This document shows, one piece after another, positions 10,735 to 20,696 of a stretch of 64,000 nt of DNA; position 1 is the stretch's first letter, and the number at the start of each line of letters is the position of its first letter. The stretch is from Bacteroidales bacterium (GTDB lineage Bacteria; Bacteroidota; Bacteroidia; Bacteroidales; UBA932). The stretch is taken from the NCBI GenBank assembly GCA_016281015.1, contig JAEEHS010000074.1, forward strand, positions 319-64,318, read 5' to 3'. The notes under the pieces are model-generated. The model searched no databases. It saw only the letters and a program-made list of their open reading frames with translations, and was not told where the DNA came from. The translations under genes and the position numbers were made by a program.

Positions 10735-11868
10735 CTATTGTTTTTTCTCTTTCATTTTTCTCCGGAAATCCCGCAGGCCTTCCAGCAGAAAGGCAAGCCA
10801 AGGGAGCGGATCATCCCAGAAAAACATCTGTTCTTTCACTTTGTATCCCAACTTTCGGGGAGAGAGGCGGAACCGGTTCCGAGATGTCAGAAACCACAGA
10901 ACGTCTGTCTGCAGAATGCGTGAGGATATGTCCCACCGCTTCGGTTCCATCGCGGTAACCTCCTCGCCAAACGCATCTTCCAGCACCTGCCGGGCATGAT
11001 CCATACCGGCAAAGAACCCCAATGCAATACCGTGAACTGGTCTCGGGTTGATCTCAATCACCTTGCCTTCCCCCGTTCTGCCGTCAATCATCAGATCCAC
11101 GCCGACAATGCCCCTCAATCCCATCAGGCGGACCAAACGATCACATTCGGACCGGATGTCATCCCGTTTGAGCAGGGCATTCAAGGTACTCGTACCACCA
11201 TTTTCAGGAAAGACATGTTCACAGCGGTACAGATAGGAACTTTTAATGACACCTTCACGGTCAATCATCTGGACGCTCCCGGCCACACAACTTCCCTCCG
11301 GGATATACTCCTGCATGACATATTGATCCCGTTCAATATGCTTCTCCTCTATGTACCGGATCAGTTCTTCCCTGGAACGGCAGACATGGAAACCACGTGC
11401 GCCATACTGGTCGCGCGGTTTGAGAACCAGTGGGAATGCTAGATTCTCCATGGAAAAATAGGTGCGCGGGCACGGGATATCATGCTCCTGGCAGGTCTTC
11501 ATTACCTCTTCTTTGTCATTGGCCTTCCGGAAAACGACTTCATCGTTTGCGTATAGCAGCGCATAAGCGGACAGTTCTTCCTTGTGCCGGGACAAAATAC
11601 GGGCAGAAAAGTCAAAAGGTGGAAAGACAAGGTCATAATGGCCCTGCTTGATCAGAGAAACGATATAAGCCTCCGATTCCGACGGCTTGTGCGGATCACA
11701 GACTCCCAGGATTCGATGGTCCGGGAACCGGGAAACGTAAGAACAGTCGAGACGGGAGGAACACAGGACACTCACTTCGCAACCGGCCTGCTTGAACCCC
11801 CGCAAAAAAGGAAGACATTGCTTGCAGTAGCCCTCCAGAACGAGTACGTGTTTACCTTTGAATTCCAT
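10735..11868 (-). CDS. ATP-grasp carboxylate-amine ligase
   Basis: FPLVLKPR..GARG, MQEYIPEG and VIEINPR motifs. Confidence 0.85.
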   Translation of the reverse strand: MEFKGKHVLVLEGYCKQCLPFLRGFKQAGCEVSVLCSSRLDCSYVSRFPDHRILGVCDPHKPSESEAYIVSLIKQGHYDLVFPPFDFSARILSRHKEELSAYALLYANDEVVFRKANDKEEVMKTCQEHDIPCPRTYFSMENLAFPLVLKPRDQYGARGFHVCRSREELIRYIEEKHIERDQYVMQEYIPEGSCVAGSVQMIDREGVIKSSYLYRCEHVFPENGGTSTLNALLKRDDIRSECDRLVRLMGLRGIVGVDLMIDGRTGEGKVIEINPRPVHGIALGFFAGMDHARQVLEDAFGEEVTAMEPKRWDISSRILQTDVLWFLTSRNRFRLSPRKLGYKVKEQMFFWDDPLPWLAFLLEGLRDFRRKMKEKKQ

Positions 11869-12631
11869 GATTGTGTTTCACGCCGGTCAAACGCCGGAAC
11901 AAAATCTGTCCCATAAACTTAATTAGGATGAACGTATGGCTGACATACCATTTGAATTCTTTCCGGAAACTGGAATTGCGAATCATCCGGAGGCCGCCCA
12001 GACCAATTCGCTGCCAAACGCCACGTTCCATCTTCAGATCCCCGATTTCAACCCGGAAAGCAGCCCCGACCCCGATGCACACAACACCGTCCGGAAGGAG
12101 TGGAAGCAACAAAGATGCGAGAATATCCTGTTTGGGGGCCCGGAGAGATAACCAAACCAGCTGGGCGCCAGAGAGCCGGATACGATCGGCAATCTCCTGC
12201 AAATCATAGGTCTCAATGGGGGCAAAAGGCGGAGAGAACATGCCGGCGACTTTTGTGCCATACTCCTGCTGTACGCGTTCTGTCAAGCGAGATAGCACCT
12301 CCTCCGTATCTCCGAGAAAAAACTGGGAAAGAGATGTTTTCAGAAGGGAGACAAAAACATCCGGACCCGCAACACGCTCCACTTGCCGAAGCCCCCATAG
12401 TTTTCCGCACCACACCAAAGGAGTACCGTCGGGCGTATTCAACAGAGAGTGCTCCATCACACGGAAATAGGCGTCGTCCTTTTGTGCCAAAGCAACCGTT
12501 CTCATATTGGAGATACAGATATACCCTTTCCGATCTTCCGAAAGAGTATTCACGACGGTATCTCGGACACTATTCACCGACACCAGATGAATGGGGACAC
12601 GGCCGACACGATAAAAATCAAGCATTCCCAA
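11852..12631 (-). CDS. WecB/TagA/CpsF family glycosyltransferase (GT26)
   Basis: PDGTPLVW, RVAGPD, SPPF, LRAPKQ and GVGAAF motifs. Confidence 0.9.
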   Translation of the reverse strand: MGMLDFYRVGRVPIHLVSVNSVRDTVVNTLSEDRKGYICISNMRTVALAQKDDAYFRVMEHSLLNTPDGTPLVWCGKLWGLRQVERVAGPDVFVSLLKTSLSQFFLGDTEEVLSRLTERVQQEYGTKVAGMFSPPFAPIETYDLQEIADRIRLSGAQLVWLSLRAPKQDILASLLLPLLPDGVVCIGVGAAFRVEIGDLKMERGVWQRIGLGGLRMIRNSSFRKEFKWYVSHTFILIKFMGQILFRRLTGVKHNHGIQR

Positions 12632-13739
12632 AAAAACGTTTCCCTTTCTCGATACTATTCGTCAAAATCAGCAGAACCAGATAATAAACGACCACGTCTG
12701 CCACCAGCAAGATATTGACATTGACATACATGGACAGATAAGCATTGGCAAGGATCAGAATAACATCGGCCGAGAGCAGTATCATCAATGCCTGATGCGG
12801 CGAAGCACCTAACTGAATCAGTTTATGATGGACATGATTCATATCTGCCTGGAAGGGATTCCGATGATGTTTAAGGCGGAAGATAATCAGGCGAACGACA
12901 TCCAGAAGCGGAATCATCAAAGAGGATAAGGCAATGATAAAATACTTGCAGTTTCTTGTCAGGCCATTGTGCCCCTCAAAAGTTCCCAGATTCAGAATCA
13001 AAAAGCACAGGATCAGGCCCAGTGTCAAGGAGCCCGTGTCGCCCATATAGATTTTAGTCTTCTTTTCCGTAGACCCGAAAACATTGAAAAACCAGAAAGC
13101 CAGTACAGCGCCCAGTGCAGAGAGAGAGGTCATCGCCAACGAAAACTGCCGCTCATAGACAAAGATAATGGACAGACATGTAAGCGAAATGATCACGATA
13201 CCCGAGGCCAAACCATCAATCCCGTCAATGAGATTGATGGCATTGGACACAAACATAATTACCAGCAAAGACAGAGGAATTCCGATCCATGGACGAATCT
13301 CATGGATGCCAAACAGTCCATAGAGATTATTGATCCAGATGCCGGAGGAAACGATGACGGCGGCCGCAAAAAACTGAAAGAGGAATTTTGTCTTATAGCC
13401 CACCCCGATCAAATCATCCCCCAGTCCAATCAAATACAGAATCATCGCACTTCCTGTCATATACAATAGCCGGACGAAGACGACATTCTCCGTAAACTGA
13501 TGGCGGACAAGGTTATAACGATACAGCGTAGCAATGCAGAACGCGATGATGATCACCATCGTTGGCAAAAAAGAGACCCCACCCAGGCGAGGAACCGGGA
13601 CCCGATGGATTTTCCTCTCATCCGGAATATCGAAAATACTCCTTTGATAAGCGATTTGCGCTATCAGACGGACGATTACTGCTCCCAGCAAAAGAGAGAG
13701 AAGAAAGTCCGAGAATAGAATAAAGAATGATAGCTCCAT
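12618..13739 (-). CDS. MraY/WecA-family undecaprenyl-phosphate sugar-1-P transferase (initiating enzyme)
   Basis: PDERKIH..PRLGG, GLGDD, NAINLIDGIDGLA, YMGDTGS and ADMNHVHH motifs; multiple TM helices. Confidence 0.92.
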   Translation of the reverse strand: MELSFFILFSDFLLSLLLGAVIVRLIAQIAYQRSIFDIPDERKIHRVPVPRLGGVSFLPTMVIIIAFCIATLYRYNLVRHQFTENVVFVRLLYMTGSAMILYLIGLGDDLIGVGYKTKFLFQFFAAAVIVSSGIWINNLYGLFGIHEIRPWIGIPLSLLVIMFVSNAINLIDGIDGLASGIVIISLTCLSIIFVYERQFSLAMTSLSALGAVLAFWFFNVFGSTEKKTKIYMGDTGSLTLGLILCFLILNLGTFEGHNGLTRNCKYFIIALSSLMIPLLDVVRLIIFRLKHHRNPFQADMNHVHHKLIQLGASPHQALMILLSADVILILANAYLSMYVNVNILLVADVVVYYLVLLILTNSIEKGKRFFGNA

Positions 13740-13753
13740 GACTAATAGTTCTA

Positions 13754-13978
13754 TTATAAATATCTACCTTCGTACAAGTAGTCAAGTAATTGTCTTTTTG
13801 TCATATGGCCAATACCAAGATAGTCCAGGTTGTAACGCGTCTCCTCAAAGAAACTTTTTTCATGGAATGCACCGCCGATGACAATCATGGCATCGATAAT
13901 TGGGGTCGGGACACTGAACTTGACGCCCAGGACAGCAATCGGGCAATCCTTCAGATAGGTCAGATCTTTGTTTCTCAT
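13754..13978 (-). pseudogene. Internally deleted NAD(P) octopine/nopaline (opine) dehydrogenase
   Basis: 74 aa. N-terminal YLKDCPIAVLG (Rossmann beta-1, cut before GxGxxG) is fused directly to the family's C-terminal VPTPIIDAMI...LDYLGIGHMTKRQLLDYL. Confidence 0.7.
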
Positions 13979-15615
13979 TCGAATGTATCGTTTTGAGTTA
14001 TACTTTCATTAAACATGGCTCTCCACTGTTCGTCCCATTCCTCTCTCAGGGTACATTTGTCCAAAACCACATTGTTGCGAATCTCGCTCTGAGAATCCCG
14101 CTTGCGTACATATAAACGGCAAGGAGCATCCGTAACATTTGCAATCACACGATTGTGCAGATTACAACAAGTAACGAAACTCCCTTTTACCCGAGTGTTT
14201 TTACTGGATTGCCGCAGGTCAATCGGGTATGAATTATCGACATTCAAGACCAGATTCTCATATAGGCACACATTGTTTACCCCATCATCACACAAAATAC
14301 CCCTGTTCCCATGATAACCATAAATATCATGAACATAGTTCCCTCGAATCAGCATGCCCACATTCTGCGTATACACATAAATGGCACCGCCATCAATGAG
14401 AGAGCGCATCGGTTTTCGGGAGAAGTCCTCTGTATGAAAGATTTCATTATACTGAACGACACCGGACGCCCCCCCCTCACAATCAAAAGAATAATGGGCT
14501 CCGACGGATATGGCAGAATAGGTGAAATCCGATATCCTGTTATGCGATATCAACAAGTTTTTTCCCATGCAGAAAACGACAGGGTCGTTGGAAAAAGCCA
14601 AAGCATTATCCGACAATTGGTTACCGGTTACCCGGATGTCATTGGAATAGGGATCGGACCAAAAAACGGAACGAAAACAATGCTTTGCAACATTATCCCT
14701 GAAATAAACATGACCGGATCGATAAACGGCGACGACTTGATCACGAATGCCCTGCATCCGGCAATGGGTAATCATCACAGAATCCGCATGGACCTCACGA
14801 AGACTAAGCAAAGGCCGTGAACCTGAATTCCCCAAGAATTGACAATCCCGGATACGGACTGTTCCTAATTCCGCACGCTCCATTCTTAGAAATGAGGACG
14901 TTCCCGAACGATAGATCGCTTTCGGGGAATAAAACCGGCCATTCTTGATATATGATTCCTGATGCCCAGGAGCATTTAAAAGACGGTACCGGGGCAGGCA
15001 TCGCCCAAAACGTAGTTCAGAATACCATGGGGTCCCGGCATAATGGATCCGATGATAAAAAATATAACCATGGCGGATTCTGTCCACCTTATACACTTCC
15101 CCTTTGAACCATTGCGTAATGAGGACATATACATCTTTTGCTTCTTCCTCATCCATATCGGCTTCATGGGTTGGCAAACGGAAGGATTTACTGCGGAACA
15201 GACGAGGCAAAGGGAAAAAGCGGGCTTGACGGATGGCGCTGCCCCAATCCTGTGATTCCATCGTATCCGGATCCACCCAGCCTGCTTTTCTGTTGTATGG
15301 GCCCGTGACATCTCCCGGATTTACCATCTGTCCCCTTCCTATAAAGCGAGCCCCATTCCCATCCAGGGTAATATGAACATCCGCCCACTTGACATCACTG
15401 AGGTCAATATGATTCTCCCTGAAATAATAGATACTGGGAGCGAACTGTATATCAATCTCTTTCTCCCCCTCTGAAACACATTGTCGTATACATTCATTCA
15501 GCGAATTGAAGGCATACTGCGATTCGACTCGAAGGATTCTGGCCGAAACCCATGTGCTCAGGAAAAGGCAAACGGACAATGTCGTCCATTTAAGATGGAT
15601 TCCGGCGAAGTTCAT
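13975..15615 (-). CDS. Secreted right-handed parallel beta-helix protein (polysaccharide lyase/hydrolase-like), copy A
   Basis: Hydrophobic N-terminus and Asn-ladder repeats. DGGAIY..IRGNYVHDI..NRGILCDDG motif. Confidence 0.75.
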   Translation of the reverse strand: MNFAGIHLKWTTLSVCLFLSTWVSARILRVESQYAFNSLNECIRQCVSEGEKEIDIQFAPSIYYFRENHIDLSDVKWADVHITLDGNGARFIGRGQMVNPGDVTGPYNRKAGWVDPDTMESQDWGSAIRQARFFPLPRLFRSKSFRLPTHEADMDEEEAKDVYVLITQWFKGEVYKVDRIRHGYIFYHRIHYAGTPWYSELRFGRCLPRYRLLNAPGHQESYIKNGRFYSPKAIYRSGTSSFLRMERAELGTVRIRDCQFLGNSGSRPLLSLREVHADSVMITHCRMQGIRDQVVAVYRSGHVYFRDNVAKHCFRSVFWSDPYSNDIRVTGNQLSDNALAFSNDPVVFCMGKNLLISHNRISDFTYSAISVGAHYSFDCEGGASGVVQYNEIFHTEDFSRKPMRSLIDGGAIYVYTQNVGMLIRGNYVHDIYGYHGNRGILCDDGVNNVCLYENLVLNVDNSYPIDLRQSSKNTRVKGSFVTCCNLHNRVIANVTDAPCRLYVRKRDSQSEIRNNVVLDKCTLREEWDEQWRAMFNESITQNDTFE

Positions 15616-16672
15616 GGAACAATGCTTCCAAACATGATTCAAATTGGAGAGGCAGCAAAGATGGCCGAAGCTTCTCAGACAAGCACAGTGTCGAAGGAAT
15701 CCAGCGGCTCAAAGCGCTACGCCACTGCTTCTCATCAAGAGGATCGGCAATACTACCATTCACTCCTTCCTGTACAAGGAAAGAAGACCCCGCGCGTTTC
15801 GAAACAATGACCGGGCTCCCATACGCCAGGGCTTCTCCTGTTACGGCTCCAAATGCTTCCTGTAAACTGGGAAGGACCAGCAAATCGGCCATCGCAAACC
15901 ATGTAGCCAGTTCTGCGCCACCGCATCTTCCTGCAAAGATAACAGATTGGCCGGATTCTTTAGCCAGCTCCTCCAACGATGCACGCAAAGGTCCATCTCC
16001 AACAAAGGCGACATGGATATTCCTTCCTTGCAAAAGCCGCAACAGGAAAGATAGATTTTTCAAAGGGATCAAACGACCGACGAAAAGGACAAGCGGCCGG
16101 TCATCCAATTTCATCTGTTTCCTGCGCTGCACGGAAGCCCCGAAGACCGTTGCGTACATTCTCCGCAATCGCTTCTCATCTGCAAGAATGGGCATAAACA
16201 GGCCTTTCCCATATTGGTGGCGATACCATTGTAGAGCCTGTGGATTTGCCAGAATCAATTGATCAACCATCTTCGGGACAATATAACGAGCCACACGATG
16301 AAGGCGGCTGAAATCATTCCCCTGAATCATGTCCCAACTGTCGTCGCAGATAGAGATAATCTTGAAATGCCTGTTCAGAAGAAAACGAATCATGCAGACA
16401 CGGACCGTGGTCAGAGAAAACTCGCTCGTAAAGACATATTCCGGCTCTTCATCCCGAATCAACTGCACCAAACCCTTCAAAGATTTTAGTCCCCATCCAG
16501 AAGCATAACGCTCAAACGGGAAACGACACTGGCTCTGCACCTCTTCCGGGTCAAATGCCAAGTTGGTGACATCCACCTCTCTGTGAAAGATACGGCAGTT
16601 GAAACGCTCGTACAGCGCATTGCAAAAGTCTACCGCATAGGGAGCTATCGTGACACCGAAATACAGATTCAT
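15590..16672 (-). CDS. GT4 glycosyltransferase
   Basis: LFVGRLIPLKN, VGDGPLR and LPSLQEAFGAVTGEALAYG motifs. Confidence 0.9.
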   Translation of the reverse strand: MNLYFGVTIAPYAVDFCNALYERFNCRIFHREVDVTNLAFDPEEVQSQCRFPFERYASGWGLKSLKGLVQLIRDEEPEYVFTSEFSLTTVRVCMIRFLLNRHFKIISICDDSWDMIQGNDFSRLHRVARYIVPKMVDQLILANPQALQWYRHQYGKGLFMPILADEKRLRRMYATVFGASVQRRKQMKLDDRPLVLFVGRLIPLKNLSFLLRLLQGRNIHVAFVGDGPLRASLEELAKESGQSVIFAGRCGGAELATWFAMADLLVLPSLQEAFGAVTGEALAYGSPVIVSKRAGSSFLVQEGVNGSIADPLDEKQWRSALSRWIPSTLCLSEKLRPSLLPLQFESCLEALFHELRRNPS

Positions 16673-18198
16673 GGTTTCAAATAATACGTCTCGCCCACGA
16701 TGCATCCATCCTCACCACCTCTACATTCAAAACGTATGGGGCCATCCACATAGTTGTCTGATAACTCGTTGCAGACATTGGTTTTCTTAACCACAGACCC
16801 TTGTTCCGTTTCGACAAACGACACGCGACGAAGATCAATGGTATAAGAATTGGCAACATGCGAAATATGGTTTCCCACAAGGCGGGTATGGACCGTGCCA
16901 TCATCGCATAAAATGCCGCGATTATCCCCCGGTCCATTGATGTCGTGAATCACGTTGTCTCGAATTGTCACATCTGTCTGCCGAGTCCACAAATAAATGG
17001 CACCGCTATCCATCAATCCCTCCATCGGCGCCTTTCGATAAGACGTCGGGGTCAGATAGATGTCATTGTTTTCCACGCTTCCACTGATTGTGTTGTCTGC
17101 GGGCTCAAGATAGTGGCAGCCAATTCCAATGGCCGAATAACCAAAATCCACCAGTATATTATCTGAGACATGAAAGTCTTCCCCCCTGCAGATAATGTTA
17201 AATGACTGTTCCAGCCCCCAGCCATTGTCATGAAAACGATTGCGTCGAATATGGGCATGTTTGGCTCGAATATCCGCCTGTACGACAGAGCCTCTGCACC
17301 CGATGACTGTATTCCCCTCGAAAAACAAAGAATCTGTTCCAGTGGCATATGCCGCATAATTCATCAAACCCTTGAAACGGCAGTTACGGACATGGTATTC
17401 TCCTGACGAGCAATAAAAGAAATCGAGCAGCGATTCCTTCTTTGCTGAATTACCAAGAAACACCAAGTCTTCAAGGGTAAAGGATTTGACAGACGCTCCC
17501 GACAGAAGCAGAAACCGAGAAGCCTCACAGGCATGCAGTCCGGCAGCACGAACAGAAGGCACGTTGAAAAAACGGTATCTAGGCATCTGTTTGGCATAAT
17601 AATAATCCGCATCAGGATGATATGGAGATCCATAGGGACACTGCAGACTGTCAATAAAATAGACCTTGCCTTTGTCAATTCTCTCAACAGGATATACTCT
17701 GCTTGTAAACCATTGAGACAACTGGACATAGACATTCCTCCCTTGCCGAAGATTCAGCTGCCGTATGCCGGTCTCCAGGCAATACAGGCCCACAGCAGGA
17801 CTAATTGGACGGATGCGTTCTTTTGCCCTTTTCATGGGCGTAACCAACCTATTGACGCCCAACGTATCATCCAAATAACAAACATCCATCTTGAAATCCA
17901 CTCCGGAATACAACGCATCTTTTCCTGCGCCGACTATCTTCGCATCATGGCCACGAACACAGATGGAAACAGAATCCCAGTGAACATTTTTGAAGGCGAG
18001 GTGATCTTCTTGAAAAAAATAAGTCCCGGATGCTAAATCAACGACGATATCCGATTCTCCGTCGGAAACAGCCTGCTCTATCCGTTCACCCATCCGATCA
18101 AAATCAGACTGCTGTCTTATCCGGATGAGAAAAGGGGCCGCCTGCAGCTCCTGCAAGCACAAAGTGAAGACAATCAGTATCAAGGACGCACGGATCAT
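16669..18198 (-). CDS. Secreted right-handed parallel beta-helix protein, copy B (paralog of 13975-15615)
   Basis: Signal peptide. Shares YFxExH, QWF..VY.V.RI, DSGAIY..IRDNVIHDI..NRGILCDDG and NSYxIDLR with copy A. Confidence 0.75.
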   Translation of the reverse strand: MIRASLILIVFTLCLQELQAAPFLIRIRQQSDFDRMGERIEQAVSDGESDIVVDLASGTYFFQEDHLAFKNVHWDSVSICVRGHDAKIVGAGKDALYSGVDFKMDVCYLDDTLGVNRLVTPMKRAKERIRPISPAVGLYCLETGIRQLNLRQGRNVYVQLSQWFTSRVYPVERIDKGKVYFIDSLQCPYGSPYHPDADYYYAKQMPRYRFFNVPSVRAAGLHACEASRFLLLSGASVKSFTLEDLVFLGNSAKKESLLDFFYCSSGEYHVRNCRFKGLMNYAAYATGTDSLFFEGNTVIGCRGSVVQADIRAKHAHIRRNRFHDNGWGLEQSFNIICRGEDFHVSDNILVDFGYSAIGIGCHYLEPADNTISGSVENNDIYLTPTSYRKAPMEGLMDSGAIYLWTRQTDVTIRDNVIHDINGPGDNRGILCDDGTVHTRLVGNHISHVANSYTIDLRRVSFVETEQGSVVKKTNVCNELSDNYVDGPIRFECRGGEDGCIVGETYYLKP

Positions 18199-19184
18199 AC
18201 CTGCTTCTTGTTATAGCCGGTGTGGCCTTTCAGATACTTGAAATACACCTTCCGGACGAGTACATTGTTTCGAAGGAGGTCCTTTCCTGCCTGGACGACG
18301 CGGCGGACGAGGGTCGGATTCTTCACGACGACCTTCGACACCCTCCGGCCGAGATCCCGCTCATAGACCTCCCGGAGCAGTTCCCCATAGGGAACGAACA
18401 TTTCCCGAAGGGTCTCGCGGCGGAAATGCTTCTTCTTGCAGCGAAGGACGACCCGCTCCCCTTCCAAGTCGACACCTATGCCGTGGAAATGGAAAAAATA
18501 CACCGGGAGGCGTTTTCCCTCCCACTGGATACAGGCACCCAGAAGGAAACGGTACTGCTCCTCATTCCAGGGGGCGACACCGCAGCCACGGTCTTCGATT
18601 TCCCGGACGCCCGGGAAAAGCCCCGGCATCCGGTCCAGATAGGCCTGGTCGCCGAACAAGCCGTTTTCATAGCGGTCATAGCACCAGGCCAGGCACTGGT
18701 TCTTCCACCAGCAAAGTGCCGAACGGCCAGCCTCGTCATTGCGGAAAAACACGAACTGGACACAGTAGCGTCCATACAGGCCATTGTCAAAGAAATGCGG
18801 CGAGAGACCGACGGAAGCCCCTTCAAGCGATTTCAGCAGCGGCGAAGGGTCATGGAAAAACATCATGTCCGCGTCCACATAGACGATATGGTCCAACCCG
18901 TAACGCGTCATGAAGTACCAGGTCACATTCGAGCCGCAGGTCCAACAGTATTCGTTGCGCTTGCGTGTGGCCTTGCACGCGGCGATTTCCTCCGTCAGGA
19001 AAGGACCAGATTCATTTTCCACCACCATGTGCGGCAAGGCAAGGGCGGTCAGTTTCCGGAAGGATTCCTCGTCAAAGGCCATCACATAGAGGGTGAAATC
19101 GCTGCACACCTTCTCCAGGGACCGGTAAAGTGCCAGCCCTTTGTGGATGTAATACGCATCGAAAAGTGTACAGAAATTCATCAT
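18195..19184 (-). CDS. GT-A fold glycosyltransferase (GT8-like)
   Basis: FCTLFDAYY, YVDAD (DxD), FGDQAYLD, APWN and FFHFHG motifs. Confidence 0.8.
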   Translation of the reverse strand: MMNFCTLFDAYYIHKGLALYRSLEKVCSDFTLYVMAFDEESFRKLTALALPHMVVENESGPFLTEEIAACKATRKRNEYCWTCGSNVTWYFMTRYGLDHIVYVDADMMFFHDPSPLLKSLEGASVGLSPHFFDNGLYGRYCVQFVFFRNDEAGRSALCWWKNQCLAWCYDRYENGLFGDQAYLDRMPGLFPGVREIEDRGCGVAPWNEEQYRFLLGACIQWEGKRLPVYFFHFHGIGVDLEGERVVLRCKKKHFRRETLREMFVPYGELLREVYERDLGRRVSKVVVKNPTLVRRVVQAGKDLLRNNVLVRKVYFKYLKGHTGYNKKQV

Positions 19185-20284
19185 CCCGGGAAGGAATTGA
19201 CCAGTAACGCGACGGTTTCAAGGTCTTCCTGCGTCATCACCTGTGAAAGCGGAAGGCTCAGTTCCTCCGCATGAATCTGTTCCGTAATCGGATAGACGCG
19301 CTGGTTCCACTCTTTGTAGCAGGCCTGCTTATGCGGCGGAATCGGATAATGAATCAGGGTTTGGACCCCGTTTTCTTTCAGATACTGCTGCAGGGCGTCC
19401 CGTTTCGGACAGAGTACCGGGAAAATGTGGTACACGTTGCTCTCCGGCTCCATCCACCGGGGCAGATGCACCAGCGGATGCCGGAGCTGCTGGTAGTAGT
19501 ACGCCGCTCCTTCCGAGCGCTTCCGGTTGTCTTCGTCCAGGTATTTCAGTTTGACGGAAAGGACGGCCGCATGGACCTCGTCCAAGCGACTGTTGCGTCC
19601 TTTGTACGGGAATACATATTTTTTTGAAGATCCATAATTGGCCAGGGTGCGGACAATCCGGGCAAGATCCTCGTCGTCTGTGGTGACGGCACCGGCGTCG
19701 CCGAGCGCACCCAGGTTTTTGCCCGGATAGAAACTGTGGGCCGCGGCGTCGCCGAGCGAGCCTGTCCGGCGCGCAGCGAAGCGGCATCCATGGGCCTGGG
19801 CATTATCTTCCAGCAGTTTGAGACCATATTTCCGGCAGATTTCGCCGATTTTCTCAGTATAGGCGCAGCGGCCATACAGGTGGACCATCAAAATAGCGCG
19901 GGTACGGGGCGTGATATGCGCCTCAATCGCGTCAGGGTCCATTTCCAGCGTATCCAGACGCGGCTCCACCAGTACCGGCACCAGCCCGTTCTCGCTGATG
20001 GACAGAATCGTCGCGATATAGGTATTGGCCGGAACGATGACCTCATCACCTTTTTCCATCTGGCCCAGTTCCATATAGCCGCGAAGCATCAGGATCAACG
20101 CATCCAGGCCGTTGGCGACCGCAACGGCATGGCGGGTACCGATAAAGGAGGCATAAGCCTGTTCGAAGGCTGCGTTTTCCTCCCCCTGCAGATACCAGCC
20201 GCTTTCCACGACCCGGCGTACGGCATCCTGGATTTCCTCGGCGTGGGACGCCGTCACCTGCTTCAGATCAAGATAGGGAATCAT
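19181..20284 (-). CDS. fdtB: DegT/DnrJ/EryC1/StrS aminotransferase (FdtB/QdtB-type)
   Basis: EDNAQAHG, SFYPGKNLGALGDAG (PLP Lys) and NSRLDE motifs; adjacent to an FdtA-type cupin. Confidence 0.85.
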   Translation of the reverse strand: MIPYLDLKQVTASHAEEIQDAVRRVVESGWYLQGEENAAFEQAYASFIGTRHAVAVANGLDALILMLRGYMELGQMEKGDEVIVPANTYIATILSISENGLVPVLVEPRLDTLEMDPDAIEAHITPRTRAILMVHLYGRCAYTEKIGEICRKYGLKLLEDNAQAHGCRFAARRTGSLGDAAAHSFYPGKNLGALGDAGAVTTDDEDLARIVRTLANYGSSKKYVFPYKGRNSRLDEVHAAVLSVKLKYLDEDNRKRSEGAAYYYQQLRHPLVHLPRWMEPESNVYHIFPVLCPKRDALQQYLKENGVQTLIHYPIPPHKQACYKEWNQRVYPITEQIHAEELSLPLSQVMTQEDLETVALLVNSFPG

Positions 20285-20696
20285 GTTTGTAACGGATAAA
20301 GTCTTCATAGCAGCGGAAATAGTCCGCTTCATCATAATGGTCAGAGGCGAGGACCAGATACAGGACGTCCTCGGAATAATTCTTTTCTGTCGCCCAGATG
20401 CCCGGCGGGATCAGCAGGCCCTCCGAAGGCTTGTCCAGATGGACGGTACGGACCGTTTCACCGTCATCCAGTTCCACGTCAAGGCTTCCCTTCACCGCCA
20501 CGATAAACTGCTGGCAGGCGCGGTGGGCATGGCCGCCCCGGACAATATCCTGCGGGAGACGGGTAATCCAGAAGAGACGTTTCACGTCGAAGGGGACATG
20601 TCGTCCGCCTTCGATCACATACAGATCGCCCCGGTGGTCGGAAATGTCCTGAAAAGGATACAGCAAGGCATCCTGCACAGTGGTTTTGTCAATCAT
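20268..20696 (-). CDS. fdtA: dTDP-6-deoxy-3,4-keto-hexulose isomerase (FdtA/QdtA cupin)
   Basis: DHRGDL, PFDVKR, RGGHAH and LVLASDHYDEADY motifs. Confidence 0.88.
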   Translation of the reverse strand: MIDKTTVQDALLYPFQDISDHRGDLYVIEGGRHVPFDVKRLFWITRLPQDIVRGGHAHRACQQFIVAVKGSLDVELDDGETVRTVHLDKPSEGLLIPPGIWATEKNYSEDVLYLVLASDHYDEADYFRCYEDFIRYKHDSLS

